Positions 50,552 through 63,540 of a stretch of 64,000 nt of DNA are shown here, one piece after another (within the stretch, counting starts at the first letter, position 1; each line of letters begins with the position of its first letter). The translations under genes were made by a program, and so were the position numbers. Source of the DNA: a bacterium. Its GTDB lineage: Bacteria; UBA8248; JACPRG01; G963555815. The stretch spans positions 288,001 through 352,000 of the forward strand of contig CBDHDG010000006.1 of NCBI GenBank assembly GCA_965261595.1, given 5' to 3'. The notes beneath the pieces were generated by a model. The model was not told where the DNA came from, did not search any database, and saw nothing but the letters and a program-made list of their open reading frames with translations.

Positions 50552-51103
50552 CCCAGATATTCCATATGGATCATAACTTTTGTCGGACCGGAGGACATTT
50601 TCTGGAGTAAAATCAATGCATGAGCCTCCCCGAGCCATCCTCTCGCGGGGTAATCCAATGGGTGAAGCGAAAAAGTGGGCGTTGAAGGTCCGTTTTGAGC
50701 GTCGGCTGAGGCTTGAGTTTCACGGAACCAGAATGACTTCGGATGCGGGATTGCTGGCCTGCCGAGAGGGATCAAGCACTGGTCGTTACGCGGCCTTCAG
50801 CTTAAGCTCCTCAAAATGGGCGGCCGGCTCGTGCGGTACGCCCGCCACATCACCTTCCAGTTGGCCGAGGTCGGTGTATCCAGGAAGACATTTGCCCTTA
50901 TCTTGGAGAGAATCAAGCGATGATGCCCGGTGCCTGTCTAGCGACCCTAAGCGGAGTCCACACAAGGGCAAAATGACGAAGACTCCAAACCTGGTGGTCA
51001 AGCCCGTTTACACGCCGGCGCTGACATGGTTTTCCAATGGCGGATACCGCTCCGATCAGGGTTTCAGGCGCCCGAAATGGTGTTGACAGCCCCGGTAAAG
51101 AGG
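50552..51103 (+). mobile_element. Internally deleted IS1380-family element; left end intact, tail interrupted by IS3 copy 2
   Basis: End [43 protein letters not shown]...SDAGLL joined directly to the C-terminal HWSL...FQLAEV segment. Confidence 0.8.
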
Positions 51104-52507
51104 TGGACCGCCCCTGGGTTATTGGACACTCGGGTGAGGGTATTCGACCTCATGCGGCCTCCGCAACTTGAGCGAGTTTTTCCTGCCTTGCCTGGGCCGG
51201 CGTTCGGTAGCCGTAGCCCTCGAGAATCCAATGATGGTTGTACAGGTTCTTGAACTCAAGCAGCGCCCACCGCAGTTCCTCTACGGTGGCGAAAGAGCGC
51301 ACCCACAGGAGATTCTCCTTCAAGATGCGGATAAACCACTCACAGTAGCCATTTCCCTCGGGCGCCCGCACGAAGCTGGGCGAACTGGTCATGCCCAGGT
51401 AGGCGATCTCCCGCTGAAAGTCATCGGACAGATAGGCGGGGCCGTGGTCGTGACGAACTTTAAGCCCCTCGGCGACGTCCGCCTCCAAGCCGGCGAAGCG
51501 CTCGGCGACCCCCTGCCGGATCGGCTCCAGGGCCTCGAAGCGGTTGCCGCTCTTGGCCGCATGGATCCCCACGCAGTCCACCGAGCAGTGATCCACCGCC
51601 ACGAACACCGAGGCCACCCCCTCCTCGGTGGTCACCGTCGTCGTCATGTCCGTGCCCCACATTCGGTCGGGCCGCTCGGTGCGGATGGTCCCGTTGTGGG
51701 CCTTGGGACCTCGGGGTTTGCCCACCCGGTGGGGGGCCTGAAGCCCCGCCTCCCGCATCAGGCGACGCACCCGCTCCTTGCTGGTGCGGATGCCCGCGAA
51801 GCGCAGCCTCGCCCACACCTTGCGGTAGCCCTCGCCATGGAAGGGAGAGTCCTCCAGGACCTGCCGGATGTGGCCGAGGAGTTCCGCATCGGTGCACGGG
51901 CCCACAGGGCCGCGCTTATTGGGCGTGGGGCGTTCATGAACGGGGACCGCCTCTCGCCGCCGTTGCGCGTAGACCGTGGAGAGCGCCAAGCCCCAAAGGG
52001 CGCACACCCGCTTCAGGCCGTAGGCTCTGCCCGTGGAGGTGAAGCGGGCCTGACTCATCGCCTCCACCTCCTGCCGGCTAAAGGGCGGCCGGCCTCCAGG
52101 CGGTCGATCTTCTCCCGCAGGACCTCGCCCTCCATCGTGAGTTCGCCCACCTTGGCCTTGAGCCGGGCGTTCTCCTCGTCCCGCTCATCCGCCGGGCGGG
52201 CTTTGAGCGCCGCCTCGCCCCCGCGAAGGAACGCCTCGCGCCAGGCGGAAAGCCGAACCGCTGTCGTGCCCAACTCGCGGCAGAGCGTCTCCAGGCTCTC
52301 GCCCCGCAAAAGACGCAGGACCGCCTCCCGCTTGCGCTGGCAGGAGAACCGACCCCGCTCACTGCGATGCCCTGGGGCCTTGGCTCCGTTCGCCCTGCGG
52401 GCGCCCTCCGCCAAAGCCCCCTCTTGCTTTTGTTCGTTCATCGCGACACCCCTTTCTCCATGAATCATGGATCAATCGAGTGTCCAACAAAACCCTAGAG
52501 CGGGGGA
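51104..52507 (-). mobile_element. IS3-family insertion sequence, copy 2 (1404 bp; orfA 52055-52441, orfB 51150-52058)
   Basis: Near-identical to copy 1; own 4-bp TSD GAGG (51100-03 and 52508-11); first DDE Asp intact. Confidence 0.93.
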
Positions 52508-52568
52508 GAGGGCTCTAATTGAGTTAAAGAGCAACGGGTGGTCAATACAAGAGTTGTCTTGATTTAAA

Positions 52569-54263
52569 CCGGGATTTCCCAGATGACCACTCTTAGCCAT
52601 CCTGCGGTCCTCCTGTGTCATCAAAGTACCCCATTTTACTACAGATTCAGGGTCTCTTTGCAGAACCCTCTGCTCAATCGAGGGGCAACGGCCGTCCTAA
52701 AGCCGCAATCCCTTGAAAACCCAGCTCTACCGGCACACTCAGGGGAGTTCGGCACAGACTGATCCCCCGTCTCCACCACGTCACTAAGCTTCCGGGCCAT
52801 CTGCTCCGTCATCCGGTATCTGGTACGGGAGGCGGTAACCACAACCGTCGAATTCGTTCAAGGATTGCCCTGAACAGTTGACGCGGCACGGCCACCTCGG
52901 CCATCTGGAAGGTGGTGTGCCGGGCGTGGGTGACCACCTTGGCCCCAATCTTAATCAGCTTCTCGCGTAACGTCGTCAGCGACCAGTGCTTCACCGCTCT
53001 GGGCAACGCCAGCCGCCGCAGGAAGTTTGCCAGGTTGTACGCCAAGGCAAATAGTTGCAAGCGGACCTGGTTCTCTTCAAAGCCGTGGCAGGACAGGCGC
53101 GTCCAGTTCAGGGCGTACTTGCCCTCCTTGATCCACTGCTCCGCCGTCCCACGCTGGTTGTAGAACCTCACGACGTTCTCTTCCCGCCAGTGCAGGTTGG
53201 TCACGATGAAGCTGACTCTTGGAAACAACTCGCCCTGGTGCCACTCGACCGCCACCACCACCCGGCGAGGCTTCTCCCAACTAGCCGCCTGATAGGAGAC
53301 GCTGTGGTAGAAGATAATGGGCCTTTTGGGCGGTCGGCCAACCGGCCGGGTCAGAAGGCATTCGATGTCCCTGTACAAGATGGCGTTGGCCGGAAGCCGA
53401 ATCGCATAGGAGTAGCCCTCCGCCTCAAGGTATCGGTACACCTCCGGCTTGGCAAATGCCGCGTCGCCTTGAAAAAACCGACAGACCTTCGCATCCCGGT
53501 AGCGAGCTACCACCGGCTCCAATACAGACCACCAGTCATCAGCGCTGTGGACCTTGCCGTTGCGCAACAGCGCCCGCTCCAGATCGCCAAACTGGTTGAA
53601 GCAAAACAGTGGGTGATAGCAGGTGCAGCCGAAGTGGCCGTTGTAGGAAGAGCCTTCCTGCTCACCGTGGGTCGGGCTGACCGAACTGTCCATGTCCAGG
53701 ATCAGCTTGCGAATCGGCTTGCGTTTGCGGACACGATCCACCAACACACCGGGCAGACCGCTCAGCGCCTTGAGGGGTTAAGGGGCCGGGTGAGGGTCTG
53801 CGTCTCGAATCGGCTCATCTGGCTGGTGGAGGCAGCGGTGTGATACTTCGCTCGCCCCCCAACCACCTGACGCATGGCGGGATCGACACAGAGCCGCTCG
53901 GCATCATTGGTGTCTTTATATCCTGCCAGGCGGCTGTAGACCGACTGGCGCACCAAAGCGGTGAGGCTGTGCCGGGTGTTCCCGCCCGTCCGTGAATCGG
54001 ACAGAAACCCCTCGGCCGCCTTCGTCAGCCCCAACACCTCATCCAGTTCACGATAGGCAAGCAAACCGGCGTCACTCGTAACCTTTGCTCCGTGAAACTC
54101 CAGCCTGAGCCGACCGTCGAATTGGAGCCTCAACGGCCTCTTTTTCGCTTCACCCATTGGGTCCCCTCGCAAGATGATGGCAGGGAGAGGCCAACACCTT
54201 GATTTTACACGAGAAAACGGCCTTCGGGGCGTTAAAAATTATCATCCATATGGGAAATGCGGG
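52569..54263 (-). mobile_element. IS1380-family element; transposase 52809-54157 frameshifted near 53770
   Basis: TIRs CCGGGATTTCCCAGAT / ATATGGGAAATGCGGG; SDAGLL, LDMDSS, YHPL, GDAAF, YNQRGTAEQWIKEGK. Confidence 0.88.
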
Positions 54264-54944
54264 ATTATATTGTTTTTGGGAAAGCCGATCCGCTGGAGGG
54301 CGGCTGTGACGCTCCGGGCGTCGTTGACGGCGTAGTGGAGGCGCAGGGCCGGTTTCGATACCGGTTGATCCCGACAACGATGGCCCAGGAGTCGCCGTAG
54401 GGCCGAGCGGCCGACGGGGCGGGACCGGTCGGCACGACGCCGATGGAGCGCCTGCCCGAGACCTCGACGAGCGACTTGAAGACCCAGCCTTCCTGGCCGG
54501 TCTCAAGCAGGATTTTGAACCAGTCGCCTTGACGAGCATCTACATCGTACTGCTCGCCCTTTTTGATTTTCCCGATGATAGGGGAAGTGGTCTCCGGCCT
54601 CGCACGTACGTTTCCACGAGGGACCCGCACGGTCAGCGATTGGGCGAACAGCGTGGATGAGAGAAAGAGGACCCCCAGAACCGAAACCGCCGCTCCACGC
54701 GCGAACGACCTCATGCCGAACCCCTTCATTGGCATCTTCGTCATTTCTGATTAGACAGCGAAAATGTTAACCGAGTTCGGGAAAGAGGTCAAAAAAACGG
54801 GAGAGCCACTGCGAGATTCCTCATCGGGGCCTAAAGGCCCTTGGGTCTGAGGCCCCTCGCCCGGAATGACAACATAGGACAAAGGCGGCGCCGGCGGACG
54901 AGCCGCCAGTGGCACACCTTCTTGAAACCTCAGCCGATCCCGAT

Positions 54945-55376
54945 TCAATCTGCCGAAGGTGATTCCGCTTCGGCCCCGACCCGGGGGTCGCCGAAGCCCA
55001 TCAGGTCCTCCTTCTTCCACTTCTCGAACTCCGCCAGGGCCCACATCCCCCGGGCGACTCCCCCGTAAACGACCGTCTGGAGAATCACCTCGCGGATCTC
55101 CTCGTCCGTCGCGCCGTAGCTCTTGCACCCGGTGAAGTGGACGCGAAGCTGCGCCGGCAGACCGGACATCATCAGCGAGGCGACGGCGCAAAGCTCCCGC
55201 GTCTTCTGGTCCAGAACGGTCCGGTCGTATAGAAACCCGAACACAAACTTTTGGAACGCCAGGGAATAGTCCGGGTCGTGCTCGGCCACCCGGTCGAAAA
55301 GCCTCTTCGCGTAATCCTCGCCGTAGCCCGCCGCGCAGCGGGCGAGTCCCTTGGGGTCGTATTGCGGATCGCTCAT
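54945..55376 (-). CDS. Carboxymuconolactone decarboxylase (CMD/AhpD-like) family protein
   Basis: LDQKTRELCAVA, QLRVH, GATDEEIREVILQTVVYGG. Confidence 0.88.
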   Translation of the reverse strand: MSDPQYDPKGLARCAAGYGEDYAKRLFDRVAEHDPDYSLAFQKFVFGFLYDRTVLDQKTRELCAVASLMMSGLPAQLRVHFTGCKSYGATDEEIREVILQTVVYGGVARGMWALAEFEKWKKEDLMGFGDPRVGAEAESPSAD

Positions 55377-55593
55377 CGGGTGGCCTCCTTGTTCCAAAAG
55401 CATCCGGGTGAATCCCCCGGGGGGGAGGAGAGGGAGGGGGGGTCCCCTCTGCTTTCGCGTATTCTCCGGTCCACGTGACTCCGCTCGGACGCAAAAGAGG
55501 GCGGCCCGCTCAGAGACCGCCCTCTTTCGGCGAACGGATGCGTTTCGGTGCAGCGTTGGGGTCTCCGGTCCGCCGGGCCTCCGGCCCTCCCCG

Positions 55594-57010
<1,417 letters not shown>

Positions 57011-57027
57011 GAGAATGCCCCAGGTGT

Positions 57028-58479
57028 TCAGGATCGCTTCAAAGCCACGAAGATGGAGTTTCGGTTCCGGCGGACGAGCAACAACACCGAGTCCAGCTCC
57101 ACGGCCTGGCGAAGCAGGCGCCGGTAATCCCTCATCCCCTGAATGGGGTTGCGGTTGATCTCCAAAATCACGTCCCCTTCCTGGAGACCGCCCGCCTGGG
57201 CCGGGCTTCCGGCCTCCACCGAGGCGATGACCACGCCGACCGGCGGGTTGAGCTTCATGCGGCGGGCCATCCGGTCGGTCATCGGCGTCACGAGAAGTCC
57301 CAGCCGCCGGCCGGACCGGTCGCCGCGCGCGGCGTCTTCATCCGCGGCGCGTACATCGACGGCCACCTCAACCGGGCGGCCGTTGCGGATCAGTTTCATC
57401 CGCGCCCGCGAGCCGGGCCGCGTCGAGGCCACGAGGAAGGGAAGCTCCCTCACCGCGCGGATGGGGCGGCCGTTGAACTCGACAATGATGTCTCCCCTCC
57501 GAACCCCCGCGGCGGCGGCCGGTCCCGATTTTGTCACGTCCGAGACGAGGGCGCCTTCCCGGCTCCCGAGGCCCAAGGTCCGCGCCAGGGAAGGCGAGAC
57601 GCCGCGCACGGCGATCCCCACCCAACCCCGGCGGACGGCGCCGTACATCTTCAAATCGGGAAGAATGGCCTTGGCGAATTTGATGGGGATGGCGAAGCCG
57701 ACCCCCAGACTCTCCGCGACGATGGCCGTGTTGAGCCCCACGACCTCTCCCCTCGTGTTGAGGAGGGGACCGCCGGAGTTGCCCACGTTGATGTAGGCGT
57801 CGGTCTGGATATAGTCATCGAAGGGACCGGACCCGATCACGCGGCCTTTCGCGCTCACGACCCCCACCGTGACGGTGTGCGCCAGGCCGAAGGGGCTTCC
57901 GATGGCCATCACCCATTCCCCCACTTCCAGCTCGTCGGAGCTCCCGAGCCGGGCCGCCGGCAGCGGCCGGACCGGATCAATCTTCAGCAGGGCGATATCG
58001 GTCTTGGGGTCGGTTCCCACAATCCGGGCGTCGTATTCGCTCCTGTCCTCCAGCGTGATCTTGATCGCCCCGGATCGCTCGATGACATGGTAGTTGGTGA
58101 GGATATACCCCTTGGGGTCCACAATGACGCCCGATCCCAGGCTGCGGCGCGGCGGCCCGCCGCCCCGGGCGCCGAAATCAGGCGCGAACCGCTCAAAGAA
58201 GTCCTTCTCCTTCCGCCGTGGGCTCCGCGGCCCGAGGAAGCGCCGGGCACGAGGCAGATTCCAGCCCTGAACCTTCTCTGTGGTGCTGATGTTGACGACA
58301 ATCGGCTTGGCGGATCGGGCGAGCCGGATGAACACCCGGCTTCCAAAGGGATGGTCACGGGAAGCGCCCCAGCCCGACGCGGTCCACACCGACGAGGCCG
58401 CCAGAAGCGCAAGGACGCCGAGCCACACGGCCGAACGTCCAATGGAACAAAGTCGGAAATGTGAAGTGAGCTGGGGCAT
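57028..58479 (-). CDS. HtrA/DegP (Do) serine protease
   Basis: TNYHV, TDIALL, GNSGGPL, two PDZ domains. Confidence 0.93.
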   Translation of the reverse strand: MPQLTSHFRLCSIGRSAVWLGVLALLAASSVWTASGWGASRDHPFGSRVFIRLARSAKPIVVNISTTEKVQGWNLPRARRFLGPRSPRRKEKDFFERFAPDFGARGGGPPRRSLGSGVIVDPKGYILTNYHVIERSGAIKITLEDRSEYDARIVGTDPKTDIALLKIDPVRPLPAARLGSSDELEVGEWVMAIGSPFGLAHTVTVGVVSAKGRVIGSGPFDDYIQTDAYINVGNSGGPLLNTRGEVVGLNTAIVAESLGVGFAIPIKFAKAILPDLKMYGAVRRGWVGIAVRGVSPSLARTLGLGSREGALVSDVTKSGPAAAAGVRRGDIIVEFNGRPIRAVRELPFLVASTRPGSRARMKLIRNGRPVEVAVDVRAADEDAARGDRSGRRLGLLVTPMTDRMARRMKLNPPVGVVIASVEAGSPAQAGGLQEGDVILEINRNPIQGMRDYRRLLRQAVELDSVLLLVRRNRNSIFVALKRS

Positions 58480-58556
58480 CGAGCCGGCTGGTCAGCGAAT
58501 CGAATCGCTCAACGTCCCGCGAAGCAACGTTCAGCGATCGCCGGTTCGCTAAAAAT

Positions 58557-58685
58557 CCCCTCGGGTTGATGGACCCTCGGGTCGATAGACCCTCGGATGG
58601 GTGGAGTCTCGGGGTCGGTGGACCTTCGGGTCAATGGACCCCCCGGGTCGGAGGATCCCTCGGGTCGGAGGACCCCTCCGGAATC
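58557..58685. repeat. Tandem array of about 8 degenerate 16-17-bp units, each GACC-YTCG-GGTC-like
   Basis: Examples: GACCCTCGGGTCGATA, GACCTTCGGGTCAATG, GATCCCTCGGGTCGGAG. Confidence 0.85.
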
Positions 58686-58831
58686 AGCGTCTGGATTGAC
58701 AACCCCAGCGCCGCGCACTACGTTGACTTTATCCCTTGGCCATCCGGCTGTAAAGGGATTTTTTATGCAACGATTCGATGGAATACCGGCGAGGACGCGC
58801 CGAAACCCGGACCCATTCAGGAGCATCAGCG

Positions 58832-59932
58832 GTGGAGAAGGACCCTGGAACCCTCCTGGATGATCCCGGGGGCATCGCCCGGCGGGATCCGGGCGGCATG
58901 TTCGGGATTTTGGCCGAATGGCCCGGCCAATGGCGAAGCGCCGCCGCGAGGGCGATGGACGCCGAATGGCCCAAAAGCCCGCCGGGCGGCGGATTTCGTA
59001 ACTTGGTCATCTCCGGCATGGGCGGATCGGCCATCGGAGGGGACCTGTTGAACGCCTGTCTGGGGGACGCGCTGGGCATCCCGCTGGTCGTCAACCGCTC
59101 GGACGCCTGCCCGGGGTTCGTAGGACCGGGCACGCTGTTCGTCGCCGTCAGCTACTCGGGCGACACCGAGGAAACCCTCTCGGCCGCCGCGGACGCCCTC
59201 AGGCGGGGCGCGGAGGTGGTGGGCGTCACGAGCGGTGGGGCGCTGGCGTCGGAATGCCGCCGGGCGGGCAAGGCCGTCTTCTCCGCGCCCGGGGGGCTGC
59301 CTCCCCGCCAGGCCCTCGCCCATCTTTTTCTACCCATGCTCGGGCTGGTTCAAGCCCTGGGGCTTGCGGACGATCAATCCACGGCTGTCGAGGAAACGGG
59401 AGAGGTCCTGTCCGAGGCGGCGGGCCTCTACGGTCCGGACGTCCCCGTCTCTGAAAACCCGGCCAAACGTCTGGCCTCCGCCTTGCATGGGAAGATCCCC
59501 GTGGTCTGCGGCGTGCAGGGCCGCACGGATGCCGTCGCGGCGCGCTGGCGGAGCCAGTTTCACGAGAACAGCAAGAACTGGGCGGCGGCCAACGCCCTGC
59601 CCGAGCTGGCCCACAACGAAATTACGAGCTGGCTCTCCCTTTCCGCGCTGACGCGGCGGGTGGTTTGCATGATCTTTCTGGAAGACCAAGAAGACGGCGC
59701 CCGCATGGCCCGCCGCAGGCAGCTCACACGGGACGCCATCGCCCCCCATGTCGCCGGCGCGTTTAGTGTCCCATCCCGGGGACAGAGCCGTCTGGCCCGG
59801 CTGTTTTCCCTGGTGGCTCAGGGCGACTTCGTGAGCTGTTACCTCGCGGTGCTGAACGAAGCGGACCCGCTTCCCGTCCCCGCCATCGAGGACCTCAAGA
59901 CAGCCTTGGCCGCGGATTCGCCTGAAGCATGA
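58832..59932 (+). CDS. Bifunctional phosphoglucose/phosphomannose isomerase
   Basis: [37 protein letters not shown]. Confidence 0.92.
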   Translation: MEKDPGTLLDDPGGIARRDPGGMFGILAEWPGQWRSAAARAMDAEWPKSPPGGGFRNLVISGMGGSAIGGDLLNACLGDALGIPLVVNRSDACPGFVGPGTLFVAVSYSGDTEETLSAAADALRRGAEVVGVTSGGALASECRRAGKAVFSAPGGLPPRQALAHLFLPMLGLVQALGLADDQSTAVEETGEVLSEAAGLYGPDVPVSENPAKRLASALHGKIPVVCGVQGRTDAVAARWRSQFHENSKNWAAANALPELAHNEITSWLSLSALTRRVVCMIFLEDQEDGARMARRRQLTRDAIAPHVAGAFSVPSRGQSRLARLFSLVAQGDFVSCYLAVLNEADPLPVPAIEDLKTALAADSPEA

Positions 59933-61743
59933 ACCTCACTCACCTGCGCAATTTTTCGATCATCGCCCATATCGACCATGGCAAATCCACGCTGGCCGAC
60001 CGGATGCTCGAGCTCACCCAGTCGGTGGCCTCTCGGCAGATGATGGACCAGATGCTGGATTCGATGGACATCGAGCGGGAGCGGGGGATCACCATCAAGG
60101 CCCAGACGGCCCGGATGACCTATCGGAACGCGGACGGCCGGGAATACACCCTGAACCTCATCGACACCCCGGGTCACGTGGATTTTACGTACGAGGTCTC
60201 GCGGAGCCTCGCGGCCTGCGAAGGCGTCCTGCTGATCGTGGACGCCGCGCAGGGGATCCAGGCCCAGACCCTCGCCAACGCCTACCTGGCCCTGGAGGCC
60301 GGTCTCACCATCCTCCCCGTCCTCAACAAGATCGACCTTCCCACCGCCGACCCCGAGCGGGTGTCGCGTCAGGTGATGGATTTCCTCGGCGTGGGGGAGG
60401 AGGAGATCCTCCAGGTGAGCGCCAAGGCCGGGACAGGCGTATTGGAGCTGATGGAGGAGATCGTCCGCCGGATTCGGCCGCCCGAGGGCGACCCGAGCTC
60501 CCCGCTGAAGGCCCTGATCGTGGACTGCTGGTTCGACCCGTACCGGGGTGCCGTCATCCTGGTCCGGGTCATCGACGGCGAGCTTCGCGTCGGGATGGAC
60601 ATCGAAATGATGGCGACGAACATGCGGTGCGAGATCAACGAAGTCGGGGTGCTCACGCCGGCCGCCCGCCAGGTGGAAGTCCTCGGGGCGGGCGAGGTCG
60701 GCTACCTGATAGCCGGCATCAAGCAGATCGGCGACATCAAAGTGGGCGACACCGTGACCGAGAAGGGCCGACCGACCGAAAAACCGTTTCCGGGGTACCG
60801 GGAGCCCAAGGCGATGGTCTTCTGCGGGCTCTACCCGGTGGAAGGGACCGAGTACGAATCCCTCAAAGCGGCCCTGGAGAAACTCCACCTGAACGACACC
60901 GCCTTCAGCTACGAGGCGGAGACCTCGGCCGCCCTCGGGTTCGGATACCGGTGCGGCTTCCTGGGCCTTCTGCACATGGACGTCATCCGCGAGCGGCTCG
61001 AGCGGGAGTACGATCTGACCCTTCTGACGACGTCCCCCACGGCGGCCTTCCATGTCACGACCACCGATGGAGGGGTGGTGCGGGTGGACAACCCCACGAA
61101 ACTGCCCCCGGCGGGGCGCATCGACCGGATCGAGGAGCCCTTCGTGCGGGGATCGATCGTCGTCCCCTCCGAATACCTGGGCGGCGTCATCAAGCTCTGC
61201 CAGGAGAAGCGGGGCGTCCAGAAACGCCTGGAATACCTGGACGCCCGGATCGTCCTGCTGGAGTACGAGCTGCCGCTGGCCGAAATCCTCTTTGATTTCT
61301 ACGACCGGCTGAAATCGCTCAGCCGGGGGTACGCTTCGTTCGATTACGAACCCATCGATTCCCGCGCCTCGGACCTGGTGAAGATCGACATCCTGCTCAA
61401 CGGCGAGCCCGTAGACGCCCTGTCGCTGATCATCCATAAGGAGAAGGCCTATGCGCACGGCCGGGCGTTGGTGGAGAAGATGAAGGGCATCATCCCGCGG
61501 CAGCTCTTCGAGGTGACGATCCAGGCGGCCATCGGAAGCCGGATCATTTCGCGCGAGAGCGTCAAGCCCCTGCGCAAGCAGGTCACGGCCAAATGCTACG
61601 GGGGCGACGTCACCCGCAAGCGCAAGCTGCTCGAAAAGCAGCGGGAGGGCAAGAAGCGGATGAAACGTGTGGGGCGCGTCGAAGTCCCGCAGGAGGCTTT
61701 CCTGGCCGTCCTGAACATCACCCCGGGCGGGGGGTCGGGCTGA
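59929..61743 (+). CDS. lepA: Elongation factor 4 (LepA)
   Basis: [34 protein letters not shown]. Confidence 0.98.
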   Translation: MNLTHLRNFSIIAHIDHGKSTLADRMLELTQSVASRQMMDQMLDSMDIERERGITIKAQTARMTYRNADGREYTLNLIDTPGHVDFTYEVSRSLAACEGVLLIVDAAQGIQAQTLANAYLALEAGLTILPVLNKIDLPTADPERVSRQVMDFLGVGEEEILQVSAKAGTGVLELMEEIVRRIRPPEGDPSSPLKALIVDCWFDPYRGAVILVRVIDGELRVGMDIEMMATNMRCEINEVGVLTPAARQVEVLGAGEVGYLIAGIKQIGDIKVGDTVTEKGRPTEKPFPGYREPKAMVFCGLYPVEGTEYESLKAALEKLHLNDTAFSYEAETSAALGFGYRCGFLGLLHMDVIRERLEREYDLTLLTTSPTAAFHVTTTDGGVVRVDNPTKLPPAGRIDRIEEPFVRGSIVVPSEYLGGVIKLCQEKRGVQKRLEYLDARIVLLEYELPLAEILFDFYDRLKSLSRGYASFDYEPIDSRASDLVKIDILLNGEPVDALSLIIHKEKAYAHGRALVEKMKGIIPRQLFEVTIQAAIGSRIISRESVKPLRKQVTAKCYGGDVTRKRKLLEKQREGKKRMKRVGRVEVPQEAFLAVLNITPGGGSG

Positions 61744-61894
61744 CGCGGCCGGAGCCCACCCAGGCCGCCTCCGCCTTGCGAACGGGAAAAAGTAAGTATA
61801 ATAAGCGCCGTTTTCGGAATCGTGCGATCACCCACGGGAAGCGGGGCATCGCCCTGCGTTGACCCGAACCCCTCCAAGCGGAATCAGGAAACCG

Positions 61895-62647
61895 ATGGTC
61901 GGAGTTAAAGAAATCGTCGCCGAAGCGAAGCGCGGCGATGAGCCGTCCAAAAAGAAAAAACCGAAGGGTGTCATCCGGGAGTACACCGAGGCCATCCTCC
62001 TCGCCCTGCTCCTGGCCCTCTTCCTGCGGGCATTCGTCGTCCAGGCCTTCAAAATCCCCTCGGGGTCCATGAAGGAGACCCTTCAGGTCGGCGACCACCT
62101 CCTGGTCAACAAGCTCCTCTACCGGACATGGACCAAGCACGACCTGGCGGAGATGTTCGAGGTGGTGCCCATCCTCGGCAATGTCGTCAAGGCCCTCACC
62201 GACCTAGTCCCGTTCGATTACCGCTTCCGGTTCCGGGACGTGGATCGCGGGGATGTGATCGTCTTCAAATATCCCCGGAACGAATCGCGCGACTTCATCA
62301 AGCGGGTCATCGGCCTGCCGGGCGAGGTGGTGGAGGTCCGGGGACGGGAGGTCCTCATCAACGGAATTCTGCTGGAGGAAACCTACACCCGGTACGACGA
62401 CCACGGCGATCAGGGGAATTTCTCCACCCGCGAGCGGTTCGGCCCGGTCCGGGTCCCCGAGGGACACCTCTTCATGATGGGGGACAACCGCGACAACTCC
62501 CTCGACAGCCGCTTCTGGGGGTTTTTGAACATGGACAAGGTCCGGGGCGAAGCGTTCATCATCTATTGGTCGTGCGAAGAGCTCGGCTTCTCATGCCTGC
62601 TCCCCCGAAACGTCCGCTGGAACCGCTTCGGCCACCTACTTTTTTAA
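61895..62647 (+). CDS. lepB: Signal peptidase I
   Basis: IPSGSM, FIKRVIGLPG, MMGDNRDNSLDSRFWG. Confidence 0.96.
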   Translation: MVGVKEIVAEAKRGDEPSKKKKPKGVIREYTEAILLALLLALFLRAFVVQAFKIPSGSMKETLQVGDHLLVNKLLYRTWTKHDLAEMFEVVPILGNVVKALTDLVPFDYRFRFRDVDRGDVIVFKYPRNESRDFIKRVIGLPGEVVEVRGREVLINGILLEETYTRYDDHGDQGNFSTRERFGPVRVPEGHLFMMGDNRDNSLDSRFWGFLNMDKVRGEAFIIYWSCEELGFSCLLPRNVRWNRFGHLLF

Positions 62648-62709
62648 AACCGATCAGGGGACCGCCTTTCAAAAGCCTGTCCCGCGCAAAGTCGAGGGAA
62701 GCCCCCTGG

Positions 62710-63540
62710 TTAGTCCTTCAAAATTCTTCCGAGCTTATTCGAGAGGTTCGCGAACTCCTCCAGACTCAGCGTCTCCGCCCGGCGGGCGGGGTCGATTTCG
62801 CAGCCGGCCAAGACCTCGTTCACCCGTAAAGCCTCAAAATGGGATTTCAGGTTGTTCAGGAGCGTCTTGCGGCGTTGGGCGAAGGCCGCCCGGACAACGC
62901 GCTCGAAAAACGCCGGGTCGCCCACCGGCGCCCGCGGCCGGGCTTGGGGGATAAGCCGCAGGACGGTGGACACCACCTTGGGCCGGGGGGAGAAGGCGCT
63001 CGGGTCCACATCGAAACTGGGCTCCACCCCGCACCAGAGCTGGACGGCCAGGGAAAGCGTCCCGTACGCCTTGGAGCCGGCGCGGGCGGCGATCCGCTCG
63101 GCCACCTCCTTCTGGATCATCACAACGATGTCCTCGATATCCTCCCGCGATTCAAGCAGACGCAACAAAATAGCCGTGGCCGCATAGTAGGGGAGGTTCC
63201 CGACAAGCCGGTTCGCTCCCCCCCCCCCCCCGAGAAGGGATGAGAAGTCGAACTTCAACGCGTCGGCCTCCAGGATGGAGACGTTCGGCGCGGCGGCGAA
63301 TTCTTCGCGCAATTCGGCCGCGAGACGGGCGTCGATCTCCAGGGCGGTGAGACGGCCCGCCTCCCCCAGCGACCGGGCGAGGACCCGTGTGAGCGCCCCC
63401 CCTCCGGGACCGATCTCGATGACGCGGTCGCCCGGCCGGACGTGGATGAACTCGGCGATCCGGTCCAGGACAAACGGGTCTCGCAGCTCATGCTGGCCCA
63501 GACGGGCCTTCCTGCGGCGCGGCGGGATCGCCCGGCTCAT
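62710..63540 (-). CDS. rsmA: 16S rRNA adenine dimethyltransferase
   Basis: LGQH, IEIGPG, GNLPY, MIQKEVAER, FAQRRKTL. Confidence 0.95.
   Translation of the reverse strand: MSRAIPPRRRKARLGQHELRDPFVLDRIAEFIHVRPGDRVIEIGPGGGALTRVLARSLGEAGRLTALEIDARLAAELREEFAAAPNVSILEADALKFDFSSLLGGGGGANRLVGNLPYYAATAILLRLLESREDIEDIVVMIQKEVAERIAARAGSKAYGTLSLAVQLWCGVEPSFDVDPSAFSPRPKVVSTVLRLIPQARPRAPVGDPAFFERVVRAAFAQRRKTLLNNLKSHFEALRVNEVLAGCEIDPARRAETLSLEEFANLSNKLGRILKD

Larger units (their letters stand above)
49011..54744 (-). pseudogene. Secreted SH3 + caspase-like (C14) + coiled coil + FGE-sulfatase (SUMF1) protein, split by an IS block and frameshifted
   Basis: N-part 54264..54744 (signal, SH3, SWAIVVGINRY, YAVNDA...FPKNN) joins the C-part from 50551 (IITLLDEGAT, AAHG, DACFSG, RLPTEAEWEKAARG, GFRCA). 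Confidence 0.85.

Noticed and set aside
20037..52507. Composite transposon or IS-mediated inversion bounded by the two inverted IS3 copies
   Set aside because: Each copy keeps its own matching TSD (TTCC; GAGG), indicating independent insertions and no inversion in this sequence.
54812..54871. Third repeat family (GATTCCTC...CGGAATGACA, also 37829-37854)
   Set aside because: Only short shared ends in two dissimilar copies; probably REP-related but too weak to define from this window.
58557..58685. CRISPR array
   Set aside because: Units are 16-17 bp and contiguous, with no unique spacers and no cas genes; the same applies to 3058-3101.
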